A stretch of DNA of 64,000 nucleotides from NCBI RefSeq assembly GCF_006345805.1, contig NW_021830452.1, positions 1 through 64,000 on the forward strand, read 5' to 3'. The stretch comes from Octopus sinensis. Its lineage: Eukaryota. Every line of letters begins with the position of its first letter. Within the stretch, counting starts at the first letter, position 1. A program made the position numbers and the translations under genes. Below, in pieces: positions 24,762 to 38,359 of the stretch. The notes beneath the pieces were generated by a model that did not search any database, had not been told where the DNA came from, and worked only from the letters and a program-made list of their open reading frames with translations.

Positions 24762-25404
24762 ATCTACAAGTTAAATACTATCCAAATATTGTGTTTAAAT
24801 TTTATATTAGGCCACTAACTCACATGGTCGACTTAAGTCGTTAATATTTGGTCATTTGTCTACCCAAATTGTCACTTACTGAATCATTTTCACCAGTTTG
24901 ATTGTTACAGTATGGTCCATTAGTTTTGTAGTATCCATTAGGTTTTGTACAATACTCTTATATAGTGACGGAAACTATTCGAAAATTGAATGAAAAATCA
25001 ACAGAAATTATATTATGATGAAAAGGTTGGATACTGAATTGAGATAAAGGGAGAAATGTGAAATTAAAGCCAAAATAAAGTGAAATCAAATAAAATTATT
25101 TTCAAATCCAAATAAAACTGAAGGCCAAATATAATTTTAAATTAAATTAAATTAAAAAGAATAAAAACATTAAAACATTAAGGATTAAAATTAAAATTAA
25201 AGAATTAACAAATTAAAATTTAAGCAAATCAAAAAATTACAAAAATTTAAAGTTTAAACATTTTTTAAATATAAAAATATATAAAAATAAAACCTAATAG
25301 TAATAAGGTAAATAAAAAAATAAATAAATAATGATAACTTTAAAAAAAAAATTAAATACAAAAATTTGGATAAATTTAAAGAACATTTTAAAATTTTGTA
25401 TATA

Positions 25405-25820
25405 TGTGATGGCCGTCCAATCGTGACCGAGGAAAACCATTACTGACTTTTAGGAATATTTTGCGATCAAGACTGCCTTATAGCTTACAGTAGCGGCTCC
25501 GTTGGTGACTAACGAACCCTGCTCTTGACAAACATACACGACTGTAAATATTGCCGACCAAGCTCTCCCCTTTCATTACACTAGCAGTGTGATTTCGAGC
25601 AGCACGATTAAATTCTTCATGAAGAATACATGCTCTTTCAAAGGCATCGACTCCCTCCTTAACTTGTTTCCTCCATCCGTAGCAATGGCAAGCATTGCTC
25701 TCCCAGTCATCCTCCCGCATTTCACAGACCTTTAATGAGGACTTTACACAGTCTTAAATCGCAATCTTGGCTTCAGGCAGGGTCGCTTTCCACTAATAAT
25801 GCTTATAAATTCCACCTAAG
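25405..25820 (-). mobile_element. RTE-clade LINE 3' end
   Basis: PKLRFK.CVKSSLKVCEM-REDDWE...WRKQVKEGVDAFE...SRVCLSRAGFVSHQRS followed by a short 3' UTR; typical RTE ORF2 C-terminus. Confidence 0.8.
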
Positions 25821-25821
25821 G

Positions 25822-25852
<31 letters not shown>

Positions 25853-25853
<1 letters not shown>

Positions 25854-26070
25854 GTAAGGCGGTAACTGGTACAATCGTTAACTCGCCAAGCAAAATGCTT
25901 AAAGGTATTTCACCTACCGCTACGTTCTGAGTTTAAATTCCGCTTGTGTTGACTTTGCGCTTCATATTTTCGGGGTCGATAAATTAAGTACCAGTGAAAT
26001 TCTGGGATCGATGCAATCGTCTAGTCCCCTTTCCCCCCAAAACATCAGGCATTGTGCCTATAATAGAAAG
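25853..26070 (+). mobile_element. family A SINE (tail-2) between (ATT)n tracts
   Basis: Full family match. Confidence 0.85.
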
Positions 26071-26071
26071 A

Positions 26072-26113
<42 letters not shown>

Positions 26114-26138
26114 GTTATTATTATTATTACTTTTATAA

Positions 26139-26203
<65 letters not shown>

Positions 26204-26206
<3 letters not shown>

Positions 26207-26878
26207 TAGTTTTATTTTTATAGCGTGCTTTCACTTCACTACCGAGCGCAGCTCTGTGTGCCTTGGGTATGTGCTGTGATTTGTTGTGATGCTCTGATGG
26301 TTATTGTATGGAAAGGGTTCTGCGTAGGATGTGTGCAGTGCCTAGTAGTGCAATTTTCTGTATGTTATATGTGTTTGTAAGTCCTGGTGTTTTTGTTATG
26401 TATTTGTCTGAATATTTTTTTATCATGCCTAATGCACCTACTATGATAGGAATTGTTTCTGTTTTCAGATTCCACATTCTAGTTACCTCTATTTCCAGGT
26501 CTTTGTATTTTGAGAGTTTCTCCATTTCTTTTAGAGACACGTTGTCATCTGCCGGTATTGATACATCAATTAGAAAGCATTTTTTTCTTCATGATCTCTG
26601 ACAACTATATCTGGTCTGTTGGCCTTAATTTCTCTATCTGTGTGTATCGGCATATCCCAGAGTATGGTTGCTTTCTCGTTTTCTGTGACCTTTTCTGGTG
26701 TGTGCCTATACCATCTTTTTTCTGTTGTTATTCCATAATGTTGGCATAGCTTCCAATGTATGTAGGTTCCAACTCTGTCATGTCTGTGAATATATTCCTT
26801 CTTAGCCAGGACTGGGCAGCTAGAGATAATATGATTTATTGTTTCTTGTCCATCTCCACATATTCTGCAGTTACTTGT
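26204..26878 (-). mobile_element. R4/Dong-like RLE retrotransposon, 5'-truncated 3' end
   Basis: CRICGDGQETINHIISSC (CCHC), RHDRVG, NRPDIVV, EKLSKYKDLEIE and IQKIALLGTAHILRR*, then a 3' UTR. One frameshift. (AAT)n on the element sense strand at both ends. Confidence 0.9.
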
Positions 26879-26903
26879 AATAATATTTATTATTATTATT
26901 ATT

Positions 26904-26938
<35 letters not shown>

Positions 26939-27699
26939 GTATATGTTTGTATGCATATATTATGTTTATATTGCGCATAAGCGACGAGAAAATCCAAAAA
27001 TGGTTTTGAAATTCCAAACAAATTTCCTTGTGAAATTTGTTTTACAGCTAGTTACAGAGATGCTCCTCTCCCTTATTCGTCGCTGAATCAGAAATGCAGT
27101 GAAGCCCTAACTGGCTCTTTCAATACCTGGAACTATCAACACGATAGTTTACCTGTTACTATATTTATATACGTCATGGCTTTATGACTAAGGTCAACAT
27201 CTACTTTTCCTTACCCCCACACTGTCCTCCATATTGCTACATCAATTTTTCAAAAACGAAAAAAAGGAAAAAAAAAATATATTCATCAGTAATATAACGT
27301 TTTCCTCGGAGTTTTTCTATGTCAGTTTTAATGTTTTTCCAATTTTAAATACAAGTTTTATCAAGAGGCTTTTATAATAAACGTCTAAATTTCTATTTTC
27401 TCTTAACTGACATTTTTTTTCATCAATGTCAGATGCAATCAGAAAATGATGATATTGTTTATTATATTTTAATCCTCGGACTACACTGAGAATGGTATGG
27501 TTGTTGTCGTTGTTGTTTATGTTCGGGTCGAGCTGTGATCAAAGACGTTCGAGCCATGACCATTCGTCTCTTTCTATGCACAATACATCTAGGACTACAT
27601 TAGTCAATGTGCCTTGACTCTTTTATTAAAACGGTAAGAAAACGGTATGATAAGCTTGAAGAAAAGATTTAGTATCTATTTCTAGCAGGTTAGAATACC

Positions 27700-27928
27700 T
27701 ATTTCTTTATTACCCACATGGGGCTAAACACAGAGGGAACAAACAAGGACAGACATAGGTATTAAGTCGATTACATCGACCCCAGTTCGTAACTGGTACT
27801 TAATTTATCGACCCCGAAAGGATGAAAGGCAAAGTCGACCTCGGCGGAATTTGAACTCACAACGTAACGCAGACGAAATACCGCTAAACATTTCGCCCGG
27901 CGTGCTAACGTTTCTGCCAGCTCGCCGC
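27700..27928 (-). mobile_element. family A SINE tail-1 monomer with 18-bp TSD
   Basis: TSD ctagcaggttagaatacc at 27682-27699 and 27929-27946. Confidence 0.92.
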
Positions 27929-28021
27929 CTAGCAGGTTAGAATACCGTTGTGCTCAAATATACACGACTGTTACGAGAGCTGGGGGGGGGGTTCAGTGAA
28001 ATACGTGAAATACGAAATGCA

Positions 28022-28388
28022 GTTTCTCTTATTGTTGTTGATGTTGTTGTTGTTGCTGCTGTTGCTGTTGAGCGCTGTTGAGCGAGCGGTCTTCGTCCCA
28101 GAGCTCGCAAGATGGGAGAAGTCCGAAACGTAGTTCTTTGCTATTCGTAAGACCCGCAGAAGAGAAAGCTGGTCAACCCCCGACACCGAGAGCATCGACG
28201 GATGGATGAATGCGCATCCAGGCTCAGCGGTTGCGTAGGAAGTGCGTAACTGGTACTTATTTAATCGACCCCGAAAGGATGAAAGGCAAAGTCGACCTCG
28301 GCGGAATTTGAACTCAGAACTTAAAGACAGACAAAATATCGCTAAGCATTTCCTCCGGCGTGCCAATGATCCTGCCAGCTCACCGCCT
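28022..28388 (-). mobile_element. chimeric SINE: family A head/core joined to an unrelated 170-bp tail ending in (CAA)n
   Basis: Family A similarity stops at gtaccagttacgcac; a GC-rich tail follows, then ctcaacagc x2 and (caa)n. Confidence 0.65.
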
Positions 28389-28408
28389 TAATGATGATGA
28401 TGATGATG

Positions 28409-28446
<38 letters not shown>

Positions 28447-28447
<1 letters not shown>

Positions 28448-28933
28448 TGTACATTGTTTTGTCTTGGTATAAAAGATGGGCTACAGCAAATATTCTGCTC
28501 AATACCACAGATTTGCTTGTCAGTTGTTTGACCATAACCAGTTGAGCATGTCCCTTCGTGGCTGACAATATGTGCATCTCTGATCACGAGCAGAAGTAGT
28601 GGGGGAGCATCATAGCCATGTGTTGAGAGGATTCTTTGGGGTTTGAATAGTTCACCTCTGGAAACATGGTGGTTCTTTCAACATCCTTAAACAACCCTTA
28701 TTCAGGGACCGTTTGAGCGGGATGGGCTACTCAATCTGAAGAAAATTCTAACTGGGCCCCACCTGCAAGGTCATGTGCTGTTTATCTTGATATGAGATCA
28801 CCATGGCGCGCACATATGGTTGTGATGCATGTGCCTGGTGTACCTTTATCAGACGGGTAGTCATGATGGGTATATTGGGCTTCGTATATTTTACCCCAGT
28901 GTCACTTTGATGGCATGCACTGCTCTCTCACTC
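28447..28933 (+). mobile_element. unclassified (AAT)n-embedded non-coding element, copy 1 (5'-short)
   Basis: Near-identical to 29004-29490 and 53510-53995; (AAT)n on both sides. Confidence 0.85.
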
Positions 28934-29003
<70 letters not shown>

Positions 29004-29004
<1 letters not shown>

Positions 29005-29490
29005 TGTACTTGTTTTGTCTTGGTATAAAAGATGGGCTACAGCAAATATTCTGCTCAATACCACAGATTTGCTTGTCAGTTGTTTGACCATAACCAGTTG
29101 AGCATGTCCCTTCGTGGCTGACAATATGTGCATCTCTGATCACGAGCAGAAGTAGTGGGGGAGCATCATAGCCATGTGTTGAGAGGGATTCTTTGGGGTT
29201 TGAATAGTTCACCTCTGGAAACATGGTGGTTCTTTCAACATCCTTAAACAACCCTTATTCAGGGACCGTTTGAGCGGGATGGGCTACTCAATCTGAAGAA
29301 AATTCTAACTGGGCCCCACCTGCAAGGTCATGTGCTGTTTATCTTGATATGAGATCACCATGTCGCGCACATATGGTTGTGATGCATGTGCCTGGTGTAC
29401 CTTTATCAGACGGGTAGTCATGATGGGTATATTGGGCTTCGTATATTTTACCCCAGTGTCACTTTGATGGCATGCACTGCTCTCTCACTC
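29004..29490 (+). mobile_element. unclassified (AAT)n-embedded non-coding element, copy 2 (tandem duplicate)
   Basis: About 3 differences from copy 1; period 557 bp. Confidence 0.85.
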
Positions 29491-29558
<68 letters not shown>

Positions 29559-30369
29559 GAAGAAGAAGAAGAAGAAAGAAGAAGAAGAAGAAGAAGCATA
29601 ATGATGAGGAAGAGGAGGAGGAAGAGGATTTCTTTTATACCATGTAATCGACGAATGACGACATTGCATAAACGAATTGCCAAACAATGGTGAAGGCGAT
29701 GATAGTGGCGGCAGGTGGGGTGGGGGTGGGCTGGAGGTGCTGTTTTGAGCATAAAAATAATCAACAATTCTTTGTAGAAGGACCAAAAAATGTTGTTTAT
29801 GAGTAAAGGATGCAAAATATTGGTTTTAATGCATTTTCCAGAATTCCATACAATCGTTTCCTTGTATTTAAAGGCAAGACTTTCAAGAAATAAAAGAACT
29901 TTTCCTAAAAGAAGGAAATTTGATATTTTAACAGAGATTTGCAAACGTTTCTTCAAATAATTTTCATATTTTTACTGAGAAATATAAAGGATGTCGGGAG
30001 AGAAAATAGAAGAGATGGATATATATTAGAGTATATATGCAATGTATATAAAGCAAAAAAGTGATGGATGTATAATAGTAAATGTATATATGTAATGTAT
30101 AAAAGCAAATAGGAGAAACAAATGTATGTAAGTAAATGTATAAAAGAAATATGTTGTTAAGTAAATGCGTAGGAAAAATTTATATAAATGGGAGAGCTGA
30201 ATGCAGGGAAGCAACAGTTAGAATAACATCAATCGTCAATACGATATAGGAATGTATTGTGTGTATATGCATGCATCTGTGTATAATATATGTATAAATG
30301 TATGCCTGTGTATGAATGTACACGCACATATACATATACACGTAAAAGTGCAAATATATATATATGTAT

Positions 30370-30413
<44 letters not shown>

Positions 30414-30632
30414 GTGTATGTATACATATATATATATATATATATATTTATGTATGTGTGTATGTATGTATGTATGTATGCATGCATGTATGTATTGTTT
30501 GAACTGGTCGTGACTTCTGGAACTTGACTGAGGAAAGAAAGCCTGTCCTAATTGTTGTTTCTCTTGTCCGCCTTTGTATCATCTTTCTGTCCGAATGTTT
30601 TAATGTCCTGTATTGCGTTTTTGTTCCCTTTA

Positions 30633-30667
<35 letters not shown>

Positions 30668-30732
30668 TTGATTGATTGATATACACACTCATTCTCTTTC
30701 TCTCTCTCTCTATCTCTTTCTCATACACACAC

Positions 30733-30778
<46 letters not shown>

Positions 30779-30993
30779 GCACACGCACTCACACACAAAT
30801 AGATAGACAGACGGAATGGACAGAAAGGCAGACTGACAGAAAGACAGACAAGCAGACGGATAGGTAGATAGATAGATATGTACATACACTTATACATATG
30901 AATATAAAGAGAGAGAGAGAGAGAAGTACACACACATACACGCGCGCGCACACACGCGTGCACACATACACACGCACACACACACACACATAC

Positions 30994-31034
<41 letters not shown>

Positions 31035-31391
31035 ACACATAACCATTTATTTCTTATTGCAGATCTAAGGATGTAATCATAAATACTGTTGTTAGAGAAT
31101 ATCTGTTATCAGATTCCTCATCAGTTGTCTTGATGTCGTCATTAATTAAATCTGACTTAATTTCTGCTGAGGTGGCCAATACATTATGGTGGTGGTGGTG
31201 GTGGTGGTGATACTGATGGTGGTGATACTGATGATAGTGATAGTGCAGTTGGTGCCAGAGTGTTGATGGTTAGCGGTAGGGACAGGGTATTCAGAGAACT
31301 CTTACACATTTCAATAACAGCAAGGCTGGTGGCCCAAAATATAACTGGGCCACCCAATGCGAACAACAGGGATGTTTTAAAATAAAGTGAA

Positions 31392-31451
<60 letters not shown>

Positions 31452-31841
31452 TTACTTGGAAATAGATGCGTGGCGTTCAGTCATATAATAATATAAATGT
31501 TATATATATATATATATTATATATATATATATATATGATATATATATTTATATGCATATATGCATACATATATGTACATACTTACATGTATATGTATATA
31601 CATATGCATATATGGGTACGGGACGTCATAGAACGTAGACAACGTAAAATACATTAACACAGAATACGAGCATTTTTTTGCGAACAACGAAAGAAACAAA
31701 TCGAAAACAAGACAAGCAACATAAAGAATATACTGTATATAGTTTGTCCCGCAGATAGGGTGCGATTCGAGGGAGATTTGACTACTATTTCTACTGGTCA
31801 ATCGACTATGTAGAACAGTAGTTCTCGCATCTTTTCAATCT

Positions 31842-32236
31842 CAAGCACAGATTTTTTAATTATTTATTTTTAACTAAACGCTTTGAAACTTCGGATTCTG
31901 GTTGAATGTGTCACGTAGAACAGAGTTTACTGTTAACGATTTTGACAAAATTTTGTTTTTTAGAAGTTATTTCGTGTTAAAGTTGTCGTATTTGGGTAAC
32001 TTGAACTAACCAAGGACGTGTATTCAGCTGAAGAAATTTACTGCTGCTGTTTGCGAACAACAGCTTGATTGATTAAAATTAGCCAAATACGACAACTTTA
32101 TCACGAAATAACTTCTAAAATACAAAATTTTGTCAAAAACGCTAAGAGTAAATCGTGTTCTACGTGACACATTCAACTAGTATCCGAAGTTTCAAAGTGA
32201 TTAGTTTTAAAAAATTAATAGAAAAATATATGCTTG
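31842..32236. mobile_element. fold-back MITE with about 155-bp imperfect inverted arms
   Basis: ctttgaaacttcgga..gttgaatgtgtcacgtagaac..ttttgacaaaattttg..tagaagttatttcgtg..aaagttgtcgtatttgg is mirrored on the right side. Confidence 0.85.
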
Positions 32237-32249
32237 CGATTGAACAGAT

Positions 32250-32554
32250 CTTAGTTCTCAACCGAGGTCCATACGACGCCTTGGGGTTCATTTAAGATAT
32301 TATTGGTGGGGGTGGGGTCCACAATATTCTATGGGTCCAGAGAAAAAATTGCTTTAGATGTGTTTATTGCAAGAAAAAACTAGGTTTCTTTCTCTGGCAT
32401 TTTACACAAGTGAATGACTGATAACGAAAATAAGAATTTTGAAAGAAGTATCTATCAAACCAGTTTTTAAACATCGAATGGTTATGGGAGTTTACCAGAA
32501 TAAAATAGTAATTAAAGGGGTCCATAGATAAAAAAATGTGGTTGAGAACCCTTG
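32250..32554. mobile_element. hAT MITE, inverted copy of the 24376 family
   Basis: Ends tggttgagaacccttg; the internal aaggggtccatagataaaaaaa matches the reverse complement of 24390-24420. Confidence 0.75.
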
Positions 32555-34611
32555 ACGTAGAGGATTCCTCGTTTGCTCATGTTATTATGGCTTCAAGGGG
32601 TTGGCGGAGTGCAGACAAATAAGAAAGGCTGCAAAAATATTTCTCTATGATACACAATCACACACTGAAGTTGATGGAGAGATACCAGCTAAACCCTTTA
32701 ACATAGTCATCAAATAAGGAAAAGAGAGAGAGAGAAATTAGAGAGGAGGAGGGGAAGAGAAGAGGGAAGGAGGGAAGGCGTGAAACAGACAGAAAGACAG
32801 ACGAGGAGGTAGAGGGTGAAGGAGAGAGGGGGTGCCGAGACAGATGTCGACATTCTGCTATATGTCATGCTCCTCTGATAAAATCAAATCGGTGAAAATT
32901 CTTTTCTAAACACAAAAAGATCGAAAACTGGAATGACAAAAATGTGGTATTTTGGGACCGAGTATAAGATGGATTAGGGAGGAACCTCGTTGAAGGACGC
33001 AGAAGCTGGACATATCCTTTAAAAACGAACTTTATCACACACGCACAAACACACACATACACACACACACACTCAGCTCATGTGTATGTGAATGTATGAG
33101 TACACATATGTATGATACATACATACTCACACGCATATATATATATGCAAGTATGTATATACACATATGTATCCATACACACATATTCTAAGGAATGTGC
33201 TATGAACTCACACAGCAATAAGACAGACAATGATACACGTAAACAAACATACATACATACATACATACATACATACATACATACCTACATACATACATAC
33301 ATACATACATACATACATACATACATACATACATACATACACACACACAAACACACATAGTACCCAACAAGAATGCTGGACATTTACTGTCAATAGAAGT
33401 CTGTATTATTTACTTTGGGTTTTGGTCAGTTTGTAACCGGAATATGAAACTATTATTATATTATAATGTTGCTGTTGTTTTATTTAATACCAGGTCAGGG
33501 CTGATAGAGGTTCTTTTTCATGTGTTCTCTCTCCTGAGTCTCCAATCTCTTAGGGAAAACTTCGAAATATTCTATAGGCTCAGACAATTTTGGAGAAGAA
33601 GCAGAAACTCATCATCATCCGGTTGTGGATCGCGAATGGGATACCTCTTTCCATCGATGCGTAGCCACGTGACGAACAATGTGTTGCTTCGTCGGATACT
33701 TTTACAGTCGGATCACACTGTGGAGATATCTCAGCTAATGTTGCTGTCCAGGTTATTTATAATCAAAGGTGGCTGATTCGAATGTTTGTTTACATAAGCA
33801 ATGAACAAGTAGAAAAATTGAGCAAAATACTGCATTGCTAGCAAAACGGGATGTGATTAGTGTATATAATGTACAAGTTGAACGATCCTGAATCGATCAA
33901 TAGGAAACGATAGACTGATCAGCATTTTCATAAAATCAACTTTAAGATAACAAGATCTGGAAAATGATATACAAGCAAATATAAGAAAACTACTGCACCA
34001 GATGATAGATAAGGGATACACAAGTTAACTGCCTAGTGAGACATGAAACAGTATGGAAAACAGAATGCGATTACGCAGTAGACAAGCATATATAGAAAGA
34101 CTACTAAAATGATCAATGAGAAATAATATACATATATTTTTTTTTAAACGGAGGCTAACATGATATAAAAGCCGAAATGTAGATAAATAATAGCGAAGTC
34201 AACCAATGAAAACATATAACATCCAACGAACTGGTAAATGAAATAACGAATAACATTGGTAACTGCTAAGCAATCATCAATTACAAATAGATGAAAGGGA
34301 ACGCCATTTTCCTGGCCCCTTTTTTTGAAAATGACTAGTCGCGATGGATGGGCAAGGCTCATGAGCTTTGCTAACTGGTGAGTATGGCAGAGAAGATATC
34401 CAGTTTTTGGACATCTGTGTGAAATACGTGGGTGATAAGGGAATACTCGAGTAAGGATATTTTGGGTAAAAATAAAAAAGGTCATGGAGGGGAAAATTTA
34501 CCATGAATTACCCGTTGGTTTACAGAGTTTTTTTGCTACTTCTCCGTTCTTTCTCTTCTTTACATATGGAAATATTGGAATATTGTTTGTGCTTATATAT
34601 GTACATACACA

Positions 34612-34849
34612 AAAGGCGGCGAGCTGGCAGAAACGTTAGCACGCCGGGTGAAATGCTTGAGCGGTATTTCGCCTGCTGCTACGTTCTGAGTTCAAATTCC
34701 GCCGAGGTCGACTTTGCCTTTCATCCTTTCGGGGTCGATTAAATAAGTACCAGTTACGCACTGGGGTCGATATAATCGACTTAATCCGTGTGTCTGTCCT
34801 TGTTTGTCCCCTCTGTGTTTAGCCCCTTGTGGGTAGTAAAGAAGAAAAA
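34612..34849 (+). mobile_element. family A SINE tail-1 monomer with 17-bp TSD
   Basis: TSD atatatgtacatacaca at 34595-34611 and 34850-34866. Confidence 0.92.
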
Positions 34850-35877
34850 ATATATGTACATACACAGATGCGCACACATACATATATACTGACATATGCA
34901 CACACACGCGCACGCGCACGCAGACATGAATAAAATGGATCTACGTCGGTTTCGAAGATTTGTTTTCGGTTGCCAGACCCATTGGACTACCTGTTCATTG
35001 AATTAACGGGTAAATTGCCGAGTGTTCCACAGACCCGATTATATAAACACCCAAATACTCTCAACATAGTTATTAATTAGAATCAGCGTAACTCCGTGTG
35101 TGAAAAGGTAGAATTTTCAATTAAAGGTATAGTCCGTCTGATAGGATTCCACGCAGTTTCCGTCATTCACTTTTATTCACAGGGTTTGTTCAATCCGATG
35201 GTATATAAAAAGACACTTCCTGAAGATAATTTTTAGTTTTTAAAACTGTAAAAATGCCCAGCTTGGAACATTAAAGACAAGACGGCTGAATAATGGACAA
35301 GGTTCTCTACTTCCAGTTCATCGGGTTTATGTTCAAATCCAGTACAGGCGGTTGGTTGTGTCGCTGGAGAAGACACACAAAATCATGTTTTTATAGTTAA
35401 ACGAGCTGTGAAAAAACATGTATGAGAACATCGGCTTTATTTTTTTTGTCCATTCTTGTTTCCTGTTCATGGGGAGTTTTAACTTTTTAACTTTCATCTG
35501 ACACTACATGAACCAATGCAATCACCGTCTCCTGTTGTCCCCGAGAATTCTGGGAGAATTTCTTTTAAATTTTATTTACAATATATCATTGATTGGTCCT
35601 GGGCAAGACATTGAAATGCATTTAGTAGTGAAGCTCCTGATCAAGAGTTCAGTAGTCTGGCGGAGTATGAAGTTACTCCTTAGTCATGACTACTTCCAGA
35701 ACTACTCAAGCCCAGAGTGACGGGACCTTTTAAGAGACCTTCTTCTGCTCTTTGATTCAGTTATGGATCAAATGGCAGAAGATGGTCGTGTAGTTAACGT
35801 GCATAGGACGCAGAAGGGGGTTAGTGTTAGACATGCTTCACAAAGATCCATTGGTGTGTAGGCAGGCTCTAATGTTA

Positions 35878-36226
35878 TGTAAAAGGGGTAAAGACCCGCT
35901 TCGATCATGAATGACCATGGGATTGCACCTAGAAAAGATTCTCCTCCAGGGCACAAGTCCGGCACGGTTGTTTATGGAAGAAAAGCAGTCGGCCATGCAT
36001 ACCAGCGTCCCCTCACCACTCCACTGATGATATCCAAGGGAAAGGCAAAGGGACCGATACAGCTTGGCACCATTGATGTCACAAGTAATTTCTACAGCTG
36101 AGTGAACTGGAGCAACATGAAATAAAGTGTCTTGCTCAAGAACAAAGCACACAATCCGATCTGGAAATCGAACTCACGACCTCATGATTATGAACCCCAT
36201 GCTCTAACCACTGAGCCATGCGCCTT
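35878..36226 (-). mobile_element. tRNA-derived SINE (family D) with a CORE/Meta-like central region
   Basis: A box ggctcagtggttagagc, B box gagttcgatttcc, then ttgagcaagacacttt..gctccagttcactcagctgt. Confidence 0.75.
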
Positions 36227-36369
36227 CACTGATGTTATGTGAACCATTCTAACCTGCTGAGGGATTGAATGGTCCCTGCGCCTCAACGGTAAGCAAAAGA
36301 CTATCAGAATAAACGGGCAACCGTTGTATGTTTACTCAAATAAGACATGAATTTTAAAACGGAAGGTCC

Positions 36370-36790
36370 AGGCGCAAGAGTGGCTGTATGGGAAGTAGCT
36401 TGCTTACCAACCACATGGTTCCGGGTTCAGTCCCACTGCGTGGCACCTAGGGCAAGTGTCTTCTAGTATAGCCTCAGGCCGATCAAAGCCTTGAGTGGAT
36501 TTGGTGGGCGGAAACTGAAAGAAGCCTGTCGTATATATGTATAAATATATGTGTGTGTGTGTGTGTGTATGTTCGTGTGTCTGCGTGTGTCCCCCTAGCA
36601 TTGCTTGACAACCGATGCTGGTGTGTTTATGTCCCCGTCACTTAGCGGTTCGGCAAAATAGCCCGATAGAATAAATACTAAGCTTACAAAGAATTAGTCC
36701 TGGAGTCAATTTGTTCGACTAAAGGCGGTGCTCCAGCATGGCCGCAGTCAAATGACTGAAACAAGTAAAAAGGTAAAGAGTAAAGAGTAT
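36370..36790 (+). mobile_element. family B CORE-type SINE with probable 9-bp TSD
   Basis: Full family match; ggaaggtcc (36361) and ggaaggttc (36791). Confidence 0.9.
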
Positions 36791-36818
36791 GGAAGGTTCA
36801 TGATCGTTTACGCCTGTA

Positions 36819-36873
<55 letters not shown>

Positions 36874-38090
36874 GAAGATAGAAAGGGAAAGAAAGAGAGA
36901 CAGTGTCGATGGTAGTAATCGAACATACACGAAATCCTAAACAAAGAACAAAAAAAAAAACACGAGTGCCACCGTTAATATTTGAACTCAAAAACTGTTG
37001 GTCAACGATAACATAAATAGCTTAAGAAAACAAACTCTTGCTCAACTTTATGCTTCGATAATTTGCATAGCAGCGCCGTTTCTAATTGTATTGCATCTGA
37101 TGACAACAAAATTAATTTTATGCTGCAATGCAATTCTGTTTGGTACAGCTGAGTGCTGGCTCGTAAAATCTATTTCTCCTTCATAAAGACATCCAAGTGT
37201 TGTCATTGAGTGTTAAATAACTTCTGTATTCATTTCGTATTCATTCAGTGTGAAGTAATATTGAAAGCAACTCCCTTGCATAATCGAAGACATTCCATTT
37301 AAACATCATGCGTAAAGCAAAGCTGAACTTCCTAGACATATATACACTTGGGCACTTAAGATTCGACACTCATCTCACCAACTTATACAAATGAATCATA
37401 GTCTACCTCACTCTCTCTCTCTCTATCTCTCCCGCTCACACTCGCACATTCCCGCACACAAACACATACATACATGCATGTACGCACACATCAATTTCCA
37501 TTTGCATAGGTATACATCCATGTACACACCTATCCACACATATAGAATCAATCTATATAACTATCGTTATATATTTTTGTCACAAATTAAAAAAGATTGG
37601 CAGAAGGAAGCTATTTCCTTAATCAGACTCTGCTTGTTACCGAAACAAAATATTCAGGCGTGCCACACGCACATACGTCAGCAAGTGTGTGTATACGCAA
37701 GTATGTATGTATGTATGTATGTATGTATGTATGTATGTATGTATGTATGTATGTATGTATGTATGTATGTATGTGTGTGTGTATGTATGTATTATGTATG
37801 TATGTATTATGTATGTATGTGCTTGTGTATGTGTGAATACGTGCGTGCGTATATGCGTATGTGTGTGTGTAAAAATTGAACTATATACCTTATATATACG
37901 CAGCAACCCTAGCTGCTAACGGTAAGTTATAAAGCAATTTTGTCAACTTATCGAACTTCGATATGAGAAAAAATTTATACCCTTCTACATCAATAAACCG
38001 CTAATGTTTCTGAAAGTTATTCTTCAAACTGTTCGAAGCTTACTAATTTCCTACATATTGATCCTTCGATCTTACCTTTATATATATACG

Positions 38091-38305
38091 CGAGGAGTGC
38101 TGAAAAGTTTCTGGCTGTAAATATATCGCGAAAGGCCTGGTTCGAAGCCCAACCTTCCGAGTTCTTCTACCGGGATTAGAAAAACTGAAATATCGCTGCT
38201 ATAAGGGTGTGAATCTGAGATAGGAATATGTTGAATAAAATCATAATTTACTGATCCTCTTGCATTTTCTTTTACCCACGTTTAGGAACTTTTCAGCACT
38301 CCTTG
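38091..38305. mobile_element. mariner-derived MITE
   Basis: TIRs cgaggagtgctgaaaagtttct / aggaacttttcagcactccttg, with TA at the right end and a TA tract at the left. Confidence 0.8.
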
Positions 38306-38325
38306 TATATACATACATACATACA

Positions 38326-38359
<34 letters not shown>

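Noticed and set aside
33430-33790. 110-aa ORF or exon candidate
   Set aside because: No recognisable domain in any frame and weak splice signals.
34380-34480. DIQFLDICVK resembling the Penelope RT FLD motif
   Set aside because: A single short motif surrounded by stops.
36150-36226. tRNA gene candidates (also 48398-48450 and the other SINE heads)
   Set aside because: A/B boxes are present but a full cloverleaf is not, and each continues into a SINE body.
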